A stretch of 64,000 nt of DNA from the human T2T-CHM13v2.0 reference genome, Homo sapiens: NCBI RefSeq assembly GCF_009914755.1, contig NC_060937.1. The stretch is one strand, 5' to 3'. A model generated the notes under the pieces. That model was not told where the DNA came from and made no database searches. It saw only the letters and a program-made list of their open reading frames with translations. This document shows, in pieces, positions 31,927 through 48,000 of the stretch. Both the position numbers and the translations under genes were made by a program. The stretch's first letter is position 1. Each line of letters starts with the position of its first letter.

Positions 31927-32311
31927 TGTATTAGTCCCTTCTCACACTGCTAATAAAGACATACCTGAGACTGAGTAATTTATAAAGGAAAGAGATTTAA
32001 TTGACTCACAGTTCAGCAGGGATTGGGAGGCCTCAGGAGATTTACAATCACGGCGGAAGGGGAAGCAAATATGTTCTTCTTCACATGGTGGCAGCAAGAA
32101 GTGCCAAGAAAATGGGGGGAAAAACCTCTTATAAAACCATCAGATCTCATGACGGCTATAGTGAGAACTCACTCAGTATCACAAGAACAGGATGGAAGAA
32201 ACCACCCCCATGATTCAATTATCTCTGCCTGGTCCCTCCCACGACACATGGAGATTAAGGGAACTACAATTCAAGATGAGATTTGGGTGGGGACACAGTC
32301 AAACCATTGCA
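31927..32311 (-). mobile_element. THE1 solo LTR nested in Tigger1
   Basis: tgtattagtcc...aattcaagatgagatttgggtggggacacagtcaaacca. Confidence 0.9.
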
Positions 32312-33852
32312 GGGTCCTAGGATTTTTGGAATGGTAAATGAGCATTGGCTTCCACTGAAAGTCACCAGCTGCATTAGTCCCTAACAACAGAGTAAGTCTG
32401 TTATTTGAAGCTTTGAATCCAGGCATTGACTTCTCCTTTCTAGCTATGAAAGTTCTAGAGGGCATCTTCTTCCAATAGAAGGCTGTTTTGTCTACATTGA
32501 AAATCCATTGTTTAGTGTAGCCACCTTAATTATTTGAGCTAGATCTTCTAGATAACTTGCCACAGCTTTTATATCAGCAGCACTTACACTTTCATATTAT
32601 GGAGATGGCTTCTTTCTTTCCTTAAACATAATGAACCAACCTTTGCTAGCGTCAAACATTTTTTTCTACAGCGTCCTCACCTCTCTCACCCTTCATAAAT
32701 TTGAAGAGAGTAAGGGCCTTCTTCTGCATTTGGCTTTAGCTTAAGGGCATGTTGTGGCTAGTCTGATCTTCTACTGAGACCGGTAAAATTTTTTCTCCAT
32801 ATCAGCCATAAGGCTACTTCTTATCAGTCATGTGTTCACTGGAGTAGCATTTTAATTCCCTTCAAGAACTTTTCCTTTGAATTTACAACTTGAGTAACTA
32901 TTTGGTGCAAGGGACCTAGCTTTTGGGCTAACTCAGCTTTTGACATGCCTTCCTCCATAAGCTTAATCATTTCTAGCTTTTGATTTGAAGTGACTGATGT
33001 GTGAATCTTCTATTCACTTGAACACTTATAGGCCATTGTAGGGTTGTGAATCGGCCTAATGTCAATATTGTTGTGTCTCAGGACATAGGGAGGCCCAAGA
33101 AAAGAGAGAAGAGTTGGAGAAACAGATGTTCGGTGCAGCAATCAGAAGACATATGACATTTATCAATTAAATTCTCCATCTTATTGAGCATGGTTCATGG
33201 CACCCCTCAAAAAAAACTACAAAAGAAACATCAAAAGATCACTGATCACAGATCACCAAAACAGATAATAATGAAAAAGTCTGAAATAGTGAGAATTACC
33301 AAAATGTGATACAGAACCAGAAAGTGAGCAAACATGCTATTGGAAAAATGGCCCTGATAGACCTGCTCCACACAAGATTGCCATAAACCTTCAACTTGTA
33401 AAAATGCAATGTCTGCAAAAGGCAATAAGGGAAGCACAGTAAAACAAGATGTGCCTGCACATAGAAAATTCACATTCAAATTGTGTGAGGAGTAAGCCCC
33501 ATTCTTGGAACACTGTTATGGGATGCTATGGAATAGCACAAGACTTAAGTCATCAAAAACTCTCTCATTGTTTACAGGCTCTATAAAATGCCGACACCTC
33601 TGAGAGAACTTTCTGGTTTTTCTCAGCCAGATAAACTAGCTCTCTCTTCTATAATCCCAGCATTCTGCTTGTATTTTTATTTAAGATTCATTAAATTTTG
33701 CCTTGTATTCTATTTGATTTGGCAAATTCTCCTTGTTAATTCATGCATGAAGTCCCAGCACTCCTACTGTGTGCTAGGTTTGTGCCAAGTTTGGGGAGAG
33801 ACTGGTAAGAAAGACATAGGCGGCCCTATCTCTTCTTCCTACTGACAGTTGA

Positions 33853-34073
33853 GTGCTGTGCAGTCCAATATGGTGACCACTAGCTCCATGCAGCGATGTA
33901 AATTTAAATTTATGTTAATTAAAATGTAATAATATAAAATTAAAACTAAAATTCAGTTCCTCAGTTGTGTTAGCCACATTTTAAATGCTCCATAACCACA
34001 TATGGCTAGTGGCTCCCGAATTGGACAGTGCAGATTTCCATCACTGCAGACATTTTTTAACACAGCATTGGTC
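33853..34073. mobile_element. MER3-like hAT non-autonomous element
   Basis: gtccaatatggtgaccactagc...aaattcagttcctcagt...ttggacagtgcagat. Confidence 0.75.
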
Positions 34074-34666
34074 TGTCCTACGGTGAGAAAGAGATAAAAT
34101 AAATGAATGTAAGCCAGTAATTCACTACAGCTCCTTATTACAAAGGAGAACTATAGAGCAGCATAAGAACATGTAGCTGGCTGTCTTAGCTTAAGGCAAA
34201 AGACCTGTTTAAACTGAGACCAGAAGGATGATGCTTGGGGAAGACAGGATATAGTAAGAAGGAAGTATAAAGTATACTTTATAGTATAAAGGAAGAGTAA
34301 CTCAGAGCCCTTGAGGTAAGCTCCTTGAGTGTGCCTTGGAGTTGTTGAAGACCTAGGGCCTAGCATATAGCTGAGGGGCAGTGAACTATCCACTGAACAC
34401 ATTAAATTAAAGGGCTTCCTGTTTGACTTTCATTACCAAAATATTAAAGATGGGAGGGAAAGAACAACACTCACAAAATGCATATTTGTTGAATGGAACT
34501 ACAATAGCTCAAGTTGGGTTAATTGAGTATTTTGCCCTAAATATTCACACATTGGAATGTATAATAATGCAATTTTATGGACTGAAGTGTCAGGATTTAT
34601 ATTTCATACATAAAGTCTTAACGCTAACAAGGATGATCCTGCCAACATTGTGTTGCAAGAGTTTCA

Positions 34667-34810
<144 letters not shown>

Positions 34811-35556
34811 TTAAGAAAAAAAAATTAACAGAATGTGAATTATAGAAGGGTTTGTCATGAAATAGCATGGTTTGCCAACACCAAAACAAGTGGAGGTTGT
34901 AGCAAATTTGGTTGCTAAGTTACCTTTTCCAAAGGTTATACCTTTTTATTAATTTGTCATTTATACTTGCCTCCAAGTATAGCCGTCTGAACACCCAACT
35001 CTAGCATGGCCACTAATTTATTACCATTCATCTTGAATGACTAAGTAGGCAGGCTTTGGCAACTAAGTGATTCCTTCTTTCACTTGGACGATGCTATAAA
35101 AGGTGGGGCAGCCATGTATCTAATTCCTACAACTTGACATATCGGTATATACTTTGTTGTATCAGGACTTGAAAAAAAATGATGCATCTATAAAACTTAG
35201 GCAAATCGTTGAAAACTGCTTTTCATATATTACAACCATTTGGGGGGCTCTAAATTCCCATATTTTGCTGAGAAAGAAACCCAGAGTTATCTTAAAATTG
35301 TTCCATCTAAAAATAATATATCATTTTTTGGCAATATGTAGATAGAAAAAGTGCTGGAATTGGGAGTGATGATTACTGAATGTTGGTGGAATTATAGATT
35401 CTTTTTGTTTTCTTTTATTTCTAATTTTTCTAAGGTTTTGAAAGTAGACCTTTTCAGTTGAATAACCTTTTTCAACTGGAAAAATATCATTTAAAACTTG
35501 GCTATTTTATTTTAATTTCCAACTGATTACTTCCCTTTCCCCTCTCCTAGACTTTA

Positions 35557-35880
<324 letters not shown>

Positions 35881-36242
35881 CTATTAAGCTATGGAAGACC
35901 TGGGTAGCAACTAATCTTTAAGCAGATTGGCTCAAAATCACTCTTAGGTGTATCATTTGAAAGTTGCTTTCTATAAGGTATTACATCAAAATATTCTTCA
36001 AAACCCACCAGGCGTTGGGCGAATTTTATTTTTACTTCAAACATTTCAGCCTCTTCACACAAATTAATAAGAGTAACACTAAGCATTTTCACCTTCCATT
36101 TTCTCTTCTGCTCCTCAATTCTCTATGATAAGGGCTACACATTTTTGACTGACAGCAAGTAAACTCAGGTTTCTTCCACAAACAGACTTTCACAAAAACA
36201 AACCTAAGCAATGGTATAATACTAAATAACTATCAAATATTA

Positions 36243-36635
<393 letters not shown>

Positions 36636-36970
36636 TTATTTTTCTTTGAAGTTACTTAACTTTATTGAAAATAAAAATAAAAATGCATTAAGAAAGAATA
36701 TTGGTTTTTGTTTTCATGACTGGTTATCTTTAATTAATTAAATTAATAAATTTAAATAATTTACTTAATTATTGAATATAAAGAATAAGCAACATAAATG
36801 GCAGGAAACACATCGAATGATAACTAAGCTACTGATTCATTTAACAATGTTTAATATTTGTTAATCTTGACTTATGATGTCTAGTAATTTGTGATTACAT
36901 CCCTAAATAACCGAGGTAAGGCTGTAATCAATTAATCACCATTCTTTCATTAACACATATATGACCTTTA

Positions 36971-37165
<195 letters not shown>

Positions 37166-38022
37166 TTAATATGTGTAAATTATTATAAGAAAGTGATCTA
37201 AAAAAGGTGCTGAAAAGGTCACTGCAAAAACTCATGAATAAATATTAGATTTAAAATTCAGTCTCAAATGAAACTTCGGGTTCTGTTTTGCTCAGCTAAA
37301 TTCTGTATTTTGAAATTTATTTTACATAAAATGGTGACCAGCTCTTTTGCATACAGGGTGTGAAAAACACAGGATAACAGTGCAACATAGGAAGGTCAAC
37401 TGACATAGGAGGTAAAGGAATCCTGGCAAAGAGAAAGGGCTGATGGTGGAAAAGATTGCCAGAAGTCAGATTCTAGACACCACTGAAGAACAAACATACA
37501 CTCATTCCTCTAAGCTGATTTCAGAGAGGTCCTCCCTGCTCAGGAACACATCCAGCTCTTTTTTCAAGGGTGTGATTAGCAGGAAGAGATGACTGCACTT
37601 TATGAATAAGAAAGCTTCATTTGAGAAACAAAGATCCCACCAGCTATAACTGCAATAACAACCTTGACATTCAGCCGATGCCAGAGTGTGATTACTCTCA
37701 AGGAGGCTTGCCTAGCCAAATGATGACAGTCACAGATGGGCCCCGCGAAGGGGGTCCAGTGAGATCCTTGGTGAGGTCCAAGCACATGAATGTGTGCACA
37801 TAGCATCCTTGGATGGGGAACTTTCCTTCCCAATAGTCCACTGCAAAATACGGTGGAGAATGAGCATCCTTCCAAGACCAAAGAGGTTCTTGGAGAAGAA
37901 CAAAGGCAATTAGGCAGAAAAGGGAAGTTGGTCTTTGGGTTTAAGATTTCCTCTCTGAGGTTATCTGGGATTAGAGAGTCTACTTGACTTTTGCTTGGAC
38001 TCAGTAGCTTTAGGTTGCATTT

Positions 38023-40286
38023 CGATATGGTTTGGCTATGTTCCCACCCAAACCTTATTTTGGATTGTAGTTCCCATAATCCCCATGTATCCTGGGAGGG
38101 ACCAGGTGGAGATAATTGAATCACTGGGGTGGTTTCCCTCATCCTGTTCTTGTGATGATTAAGTCTCACCAGGTCTGATAGTTTCACTGGTCACTCATAC
38201 TTCTTCCTGCCACCATGTGGAGAAAGATGTGTTTGCTTCCCCTTCCACCATGATCATAAGTTTTCTGAGGCCTTCCCAGCCATGCAGAACTGTGAGTCAA
38301 TTAAACCTCGTTCCTTTATAAATTACCCAGTTTTGGGTATTTCTTCATAGCAGCATGAAAAAGGACTAACACAGTAAATTCGTACTTAGAGTGGGGGGCT
38401 ACTATAAGGATACCTGAAAATGTGGAAGCGACTTTGGAACTGGGTAACAGGCAGAGGTTGGAACAATTTGGAGGACTCAGAAGAAGACAGGAAGATATGG
38501 GAAAGTTTGGAACTTCCTACTTGTTGGATAGCTTTGACCAAAATACTGATAGTGATATGGACAGTGAAGTCCAGGCTGAGGTGGTCTCAGGTGGAGATGA
38601 GGAACTTATTGGGAACTAGGGCAAAGGTGACTCTTGTTATGCTTTAGCAAAGAGACTGGCAGCATTTTGCCCCTGCCCTAGAGATCTGTGGAACTTTGAA
38701 TTTAAGAGAGATGATTTAGGGTATCTGGTAGAATAAATTTCTAAGTGACACAGTGTTCAAGAGGAAGCAGAGTATAAATATTTGGAAAATGTGCAGTCTG
38801 ATGATTTTTATAGAAAAGAAAACCTTATTTACTAGGGAGAAATTGAAGCCAGTTGCAGAAATTTACATAAGTAACGAGGGACTGAATGCTAATCACCAAG
38901 ACAATGGGGAAAATGTCCCCAAGGGCATGCCAGAGACCTTCACAGCAGCCCCTTCCATCACAGGCCTGGAAGCCTAGAAGGGAACAATGGTTTTGTGGGT
39001 GGGCCCCAGGCTCCCTCTGCTCTATGCAGCTTTGGGACATGGTGCCCTGCCTTCCAGCAGCTTCTGCTCCAGCCATGGCTAAAAGGTGCCAATATACAGC
39101 TCAGGCTGATGCTTCAAAGAGTGCAAGCCCCACGACTTGGTGGCTTACACATGGTTTTGGGCCTGTGGGTGAACAGAAGTCAAGAACTGAGGTTTGGGAA
39201 CCTCTGCCTAGATTTCACAGGATGTATAGAAACAACTGGATGTCCAGGCAGAAGTTTGCTGTGGGGGTAGAGCCCTCATGGAGAACCTCTGCTGGGGCAG
39301 TGCGGAAGGAAAATGTGTGGTTGGAGTCCACACACAGAGTCCCCACTGGAGCACTGCCTAGTGGAGCTGTGAGAAGAGGGCCACCATCCTCCAGACTCCA
39401 GAATGGTAGATCCACTGACAGCTTGCACTGTGTGCCTGGAAAAGCCACAGACACTCAATACCAGTCCAGGAGGGGGTCTGTACCCTGCAAAGCCACAATG
39501 GTGGAGCTGCCCAAGGCCATGGGAGCCCACCTCTTGCATCAGTGTGCCCTGGATATATATAAGACAGAGTCAAAGGAGATTATTTTGGAACTTTAATGTT
39601 TAATGACTGCCCTATTGGATTTTGGACTTGCATGGTGCCTATAGCCCCTTTGTTTTGGCCAATTTCTCCCATTTGGAATGGGTATATTTACCCAATGCCT
39701 GTACCCCCACTGTATCTAGGAAGTAACTAACTTGCTTTTGATTTTACAGGCTCATAGGCAGCAGAAACTTTCCTTTTCTCAGATAAGACTTTGGGCTTGG
39801 ACTTTTAAGTTAATGCTGGAATGAATTAAGACTTTCGGGGACTGTTGGGAGGGTATGATTGTATTCTGAATTGTGAAGACATGAGATTTGGGAGGGGTCC
39901 AGGCAGAATGATATGGTTTAACTGTGTCCCCACCCAAATCTCATCTTGAATTGTAGTTCCCATAATCTCCACATGTTGTGGGAGGGACCAGGTGGAGATA
40001 ATTGAATTAAGGGAGGCAGTTTCCCCCATCCTGTTCTCATGATATTGAGTTAGTTCTCACAAGATCTGATGGTTTTATAAGGGACTTCCCCCTTTGCTGG
40101 GCACTCATTCTTCTCTCTCCTGTTCCCTTGTGAAGAAGGATGTGTTTGCTTCCCTTTCCACCATGATTGTAAGTTGCCTGGGGCCTTCCCAGCCATGTGG
40201 AACTTTGAGTCAATTAAATATCTTTCCTTTATAAATTACCCAGTTTTGGGTATTTCTTCATAACAGTGTGAGAAGGGACTAATACA
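38023..40286 (+). mobile_element. Complete THE1C/D MaLR provirus: 5'LTR 38023-38373, internal 38374-39908, 3'LTR 39909-40286
   Basis: Two direct LTRs (gatatggttt...ggactaaYaca), THE1-int sequence, purine tract before the 3'LTR, TSD cattt/aattt. Confidence 0.93.
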
Positions 40287-41326
40287 AATTTTATCTGGAG
40301 AAAGGAAAAACATGGGCCTTGCTGCCTTTTCTTCCCATGTTAGCTAAAGATCTATTGCAGATACCTTCCCTCTTTATGTTTTGGAAGTAATGACAACCAA
40401 TAGTTTTTAGGATGAGAATCTGAATTCTTCACCTGGACTGCAAGGTCCTAAGAGGTCTGATACCTTCTTACCCATCCAAATCTTGTACTATGCTAGTACT
40501 ATGTATCTATCCTTCTTCCAGCTCTGTCATCTTTCCATCACAGGGACAACTACCTGAAATGCCCTCCCCTTATCCTACAGATGGAGCCATCACTCCCTTG
40601 GGGATGTCTTCCAAGACCTCTCTGATGAAGCCATCTCCCACTATTATCTATGTTGTCACAGGAACACAGGCTCTCCTTCATCTCCCTCATCATAGTCATT
40701 ATACTCATAGATTTGTGAGCAATTGATGACTATCTATCTACTTTTCTAGGATATAAGGTTCACAAGAGCAGCAACTATATTTGTTTTGCTTATTACATTC
40801 TTCTCAGTTACTAGTACTGTGTCTTGTACTAGGAATTGAGAACCATTTATTGCTGAGAAAATACTTCAGGATGACTGAGAGCTCACCGAGGCTTCATACA
40901 GCCCCTGATGCTGAAGGTAACCACTGGTTTAAGAAGGACGCTCACTATGTTCATGAGCACAGCGTCTCGTATTAAGGCAAGCCCTTTAGGATGTGTAAAT
41001 GAGTCTTTCCCAGCATGTCTCTAACACTAAGGGGATGGGAGAATGGATAGAAGGAAACAGGGAAAAACCGATAATATTCCTTGGGATGAGATCAAGTATG
41101 ACTAACAAAAAGAAGGTAATTATAATAATGCCTACAGGCTTGTATAATCTTTCTAGTTCAAGAAAGCCTCAAATATATTATCTCACTTGATCTTCATAAT
41201 GCCAGAGGGAATAGGTGGATTATGAAGTTATATTGGCCATTCAGAGCAGGAAACAAAGGATCATTGAAGGCAAATAAATTAGTCAAGGCTGGAAAATGGT
41301 GGAACCTAGACTAGGACCCATATCTT

Positions 41327-41990
41327 CCAGAGCTGTGCTATCCAACATGGTAACCAGCAGCCACATGGAACCACATGTGGTTACTGAGCACTTAAAATGT
41401 GGCAATTTAAATGAAGATATGCTGTAAATGTAAGATACATACTCAGCCAAAGACTTCACACACAGATACAAGGATACTACTTATCTCAATAATTTTATAT
41501 TGCTTACACATGAAAATAATAATACTTTGGATATAGTTTAGAAAATATAATTATTAAATTGTTAATAATTAAATTATATAAATAATTATAATTACATAAG
41601 TATAATTACATACATAATAGTTATAAGTATATAAATAATAATTATACATAAATAATTATAACCAAATAATTATATAATTAAATAATTATTAATTTAATTA
41701 TATAATTAATTAAATTAATTATATAATTAAATATATTAATATATAATATATAACTATATAAATAATAAAAATATATACATACACATACACATAATGCATC
41801 TTTTAATTAATACATATTTTAAATAATAAAATATATTACATAATTAAATAATTAATTATTATTTATTTAATAATTATTAACAATTTAATAGTTATATTTT
41901 CTAAACTACTACTTTTTTATTGTGGCTTCTAGAAAATGTTAAGTGATATCTGTGGCCACATTTTATTTTCATTGGACAATATGGCCCTAG
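41327..41990. mobile_element. MER33-like hAT element split by an AT-rich expansion
   Basis: gctgtgctatccaacatggtaaccagcagccacatg ... gtggccacattttattttcattggacaat. Confidence 0.7.
41540..41900. repeat. ~360 bp nearly pure A/T low-complexity tract
   Basis: ataattat/taattaaat units, direct reading. Confidence 0.9.
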
Positions 41991-42496
41991 ATTACAGTTC
42001 AGTACACCCATAGCTGCAGATTTTGAGTGGGATCTCAGACTGAATGGAGGGTGAAGGCACTTTAGGTAAAATAGTGAGAACACAGATATAGAGATGGAGA
42101 ATCATATGCTTTAGAGAAGTGGAGGCTAAATGTCTTATAGAAAATGAAACAGTGGAAGCACTTGAGAATCACATTGTGAAATACTGATTATAACAAAGTG
42201 GAACAAATGCTATATTTCAGCTGAGAAAACAGGAAAACAGGACTATAGTCTTCTGATACTAGCTTGTGTGAATTTGGACAGTTCTCAGTCTCTGTTGCAG
42301 TCTTCCTCTCTCTTTCTTGTTTTCCCCTTTGGTAAAATGAGGGGCTAAACCAGAAGATCTTGAAGGTCCTTCTCTTTCTAGCTTGCATCGTCTAGGTCTT
42401 TGAGGGGCCAGGTTTTGCCTGTGTGAAGAGTGTGGGGGTGTGTACATGTAGACACAAGCATGTCTGAGAGCCCATCACAGTCAAAGCTGGGCTTTA

Positions 42497-42790
<294 letters not shown>

Positions 42791-42908
42791 TTAAATGTAT
42801 TAACTTGAGATGCATTATGTGTATGTATTTTTTTCAAATGAAGAAAATTTTAAATTATTTGATGTGGACACAGTATCTTTTCCATTGAAAATGAGACAAA
42901 CACTTTAA

Positions 42909-43289
<381 letters not shown>

Positions 43290-43895
43290 TAATTGTAAAC
43301 ATGTAGTAACTAAAAATAAGAGTTTATTACCAAGATATATGATTTTATTTTTGAAGCTAAGTAGCTTACAAATCTGTGTTCTCTACACTCTTTCCTCTTC
43401 GTTTTATGACTAGTTCTGATCATGGGACATTTTTCTTCCTTAAGCAAAAGGCCATAGATTTTGGGAAACATCAACCAGTGTAGGGCAAAATAAGAATCTG
43501 CTTGTATTTCAGGAAGACTGCCCTGGAAAGCAATATTATGAGAATCACATGTTAAAATAACCTTGTCTGGGCCAACTTGTTTTGCGTCTCTATTGCAATT
43601 TGAGTCAATGAATTATAGTGGCTTGCACCATTCCCTCTAAATATCAGAACTCGCATAACTAGACAGGCCAATGTTCAGACACAACAATCGACAGCAGCAT
43701 TTCTGTAGTTAGAAAAATCTGATGGATAAAGTGATGTCTTTGTTCGAGTTAAGCAGAACCGCTTAAGTAGGAAATATCCTAAGGGCAAACTTCAAAGGCA
43801 ATGGAACACAGAGAGGAGAGTAAGTGGCATCAAAGAGGGAGGCTGATTTACTTTAAAACTGTGCACAGATTCCCCCAGAGCTAGCTGACTCATTA

Positions 43896-44361
<466 letters not shown>

Positions 44362-44729
44362 TTAAATGCTTATCTTAAAACCCATTACATTTTTCTCCCC
44401 AAACAGTTCCGTCTATTGTGAGGTGTTTTTGCAGCAATGGCTGGCTCTGAATATTCAAAACGACAGTGCATGATGCCGTCTATATTGGAAGGAGAAGTGC
44501 ATCATTCAATTTCTGTCAGTTTAATACATTTCACTTATATTTTTAAAAGGCAAGAGCAAATATATTTTATTTAAAAATTCATTTTTTCATTAAGGCTTAG
44601 TCTGAGAGCACTGAAGCACAGCCTTTGGGTGGTTGATTTTAATAGCCTTATGGAGAGATCTGTGGTTTGGAGCCTGTTTCTGTATTACCTTATGCACAAC
44701 CTCCCAGCGGCCTCACGATTATTATTTTA

Positions 44730-44933
<204 letters not shown>

Positions 44934-45499
44934 TCATGTGCTTGCACCAAGAACATGGCAGATGGGGTGCCGAGACAAACAGGACTGATGTGAGGGCTTG
45001 CACTGACCATGTTCTTCCAACCGTGGTGGTGAGAGAAACATGGTCAGAATGCTCAAAGTTGGTCTTGGGAGGAGTTCCCAAAATGATGACCAGGTGTTTC
45101 AGAGAGAATTCAGCAGCCTTCGACTTGTATCTTTGGAGATGTGTAATATTCAGGTTTGGGAAAATGTAAAGAGGAGTTTCTACATAATTACATTTTCAAA
45201 AAAGGATACTCACTAATAGTAGTTAGTTTCCTTTCATTTCATAGCAGCAAAATTATAGCTTGTCAATGCTGTGGCTTCCAGTTAAGGGTATGTTGTCTTT
45301 CTTTAAAAAATGTCTAATATGTGCAATTGCAAAACTGTTTTTGAGAGATACAAAGTCATAGAGTTTGCATTTTAAGAAAGTAGTGCTGTGATAACTGCCT
45401 AAATGGAATTCCATATTCTGTATAATAGAGTACTTGATTAAAATGCATATGATTAAAATTATATTATATTGTATTGCACTGCACTGCATTATATTTTAT

Positions 45500-48000
45500 C
45501 ATAAAAGCTGAAGTGTAATTTTAAAAACTAGACAAAAACCCCACTCTCCCTTTCCTTACCCAGAGCTAACCACTACCCTTCAGGCGTGCATCCTCCTTAC
45601 TATGTTTTCAGACTTTTGTGCTTACGCATGAATCAATACGTAAGAATTTGTTCTGAATTTTTTAATATTTATAGAAATGGACTCCAACATGTGATTATGC
45701 TGTTTCTTTATATCTGCATTGAACAGTATACTTTCCATACAACTAGATTACTAAATCTAATTTGTTTAACTGCTCACAAACACCATCCACTGTACGAATA
45801 TCCGAAGTTATTCATTTTTGATTTATGGACTATAACCAATGCTGCAATAAGCATCCATGTACTGTCTCACAGTAAATATCTATGAGGGTTTCTCCATTGT
45901 TGATCTCTAGGAGAAGAATTGATGGGGTCTAGGAATTTAAGCATCTTTACATTTACCAGATGTTGCCAACTTGCTTTCCAAAGAGCAATAACCAAAACAA
46001 ATTTCCTACCAGCAATACACAGGTGTTACCATATCCTAATATTCTTGCAATACTTGATATTGCCAGACATTGTAATCTGACCATTTTGATAGGTGTGAAA
46101 ATGTATCTAATGTTGTTTTAATATTAACGAGATGAAACATTTGCATGTGTGTAAATGGTGATGCTTGTATCTTCCTATGTGAATTGCCCATTCATATCCT
46201 TTGCTCATTTTTGTATTTTGATATTTACTTTTTAATGGTTTGTAGAGATTCTTTATACATGCTGGATACTAATCTTTTATCAATTATGTAAGTTGTACAT
46301 ATTTTCTCTTAGTCTTGGCTTGTATTTTTATTTTGCTTAGAGTGTCTTTTGTCATTCAGAAAATTTTAATTTAAATATAATCGAGTTTATAATTTTTTTC
46401 CTTTATAGATTTCACTTGGTGGCTAATGGGATGAAATCCATAACTACTCCAGGGCAAAAAACAAATGCATACTAGGGGTGGGGAGGGGAACTAGAATAGG
46501 GATAGTCAAATGTTGATTAATGGATATGAAAATACAGCTAGAATGGAGGAATAAATTTTAGTGTTCCATGGTAATATATGGTGAATCTAATTGACAACAA
46601 TTAATTGTTTATTTTTAAATACCTAGAAGAGAGGATTATGAATGTTCCCAACACAAAACAGTGATAAATGTTTGAGGTGATAGATATGCTAATTATCCTG
46701 ATTTGATCATTACACATTATAATACATGAATTGAAATATCACACTGTACCTGATAAATATGTACAATTATGCACTGATTAAAAATAATAAAGGCAAAAAC
46801 ATTATTTGCTGCTTATCTGAAATTCAAATAAAAAATAAATGCTGACATGCTTTAAAAATGGTTTAAATTTTGCTTTTCATATTGAAGTCTTTAATTCATC
46901 TGGAATTCATTTTTGAGTATGCAGTGAGGTAGAGATCTCAGCATAGCTCTTTACATCAATACAATCAATACTCCCAACACCACTCCTTGTTGGTCTCACC
47001 ACCCTCTGCACTAATTTGTTGAGCTGCTTCTGTTTTCTACATACATGGGTCCCTGCTGGGTCTTTCTAGTTTTTTCTGTAAGTCTAATTTTCTATACCTA
47101 TAACAATACTGACACTCTTTTAATGATTGTAGCTTACTTTCTTGTTTCATGTTTTTATTTTTGTTCAACCTTCCTAGAGGTTTATTGACTTGATTTAAAA
47201 AAAACCAAAACCCAGCTTTTGTTATTCTTGAATATTATAGAAGCTATACAAGTTTCCTTACTTTCTGTATCATTAATTTGTGTCCTAATCTTTGTTACTT
47301 TCTTCCCCCCTACTTTATTTGATTTTACTTTATTATAATTTATTGATTTGGATATTTGACATATTAATATTTAACTTGTGATTCTTCTTTAATATATACA
47401 CTTAAAACGATACATTTATTTGTAATTACTGATTTACCTATACCTCATTAGTTTTTGTATATGACGCTATAAAATGTTTTGTCTGTAAATATTTTGTGAT
47501 TTTCTATTATAATTTCTTCAACTCATAAATTATTTATAGTATTGTCTTAATATTTCCAAATTGTAGAGTTTTTTTTGTTTTTGTTTTCATTATGGTCAGA
47601 AAACATTCTTACATTATCAATTCTTGGGTAATTATGGCCTTCTGGGAGACACATTTTGTGCTTGAAAATAATGCACATTCTCAAATTGTTGTAATTAGAG
47701 TTTTCCTTATACATTCACTTGATTGTGTTTATTGTATCAAATCTCATATTTCCTTTTATTCTTCTCTGAATTATGAGATTTTTTGAGATATATGTTAATA
47801 TCTTTCACTATGATTTTGGATTTTCTAGCTTCTTTTTACAACTTGTTTAATTTTTGCTTTGTACATTTTGGGATTTGGAAGTTCTATATCTTTCTGGTGA
47901 TTATTTTGTCATTCTTTAGTACATCATTTATTCCCAATAATAGTGTTTGTTTAAAATTGTTCTTTTCTGATAATCACATTGCTAAACCACTTTTCTCACT
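45500..48000. mobile_element. Cluster of old L1M fragments (mostly minus; an L1MA-like 3' end on + at ~46470-46795)
   Basis: aatgctgcaataagcatcc, ggatactaatctttt, aatgtttgaggtgatagatatgctaattatcctgatttgatcattacaca. Confidence 0.7.

Noticed and set aside
38886-39596. 236-aa ORF
   Set aside because: Lies within THE1 internal sequence; residual MaLR frame with no sign of domestication
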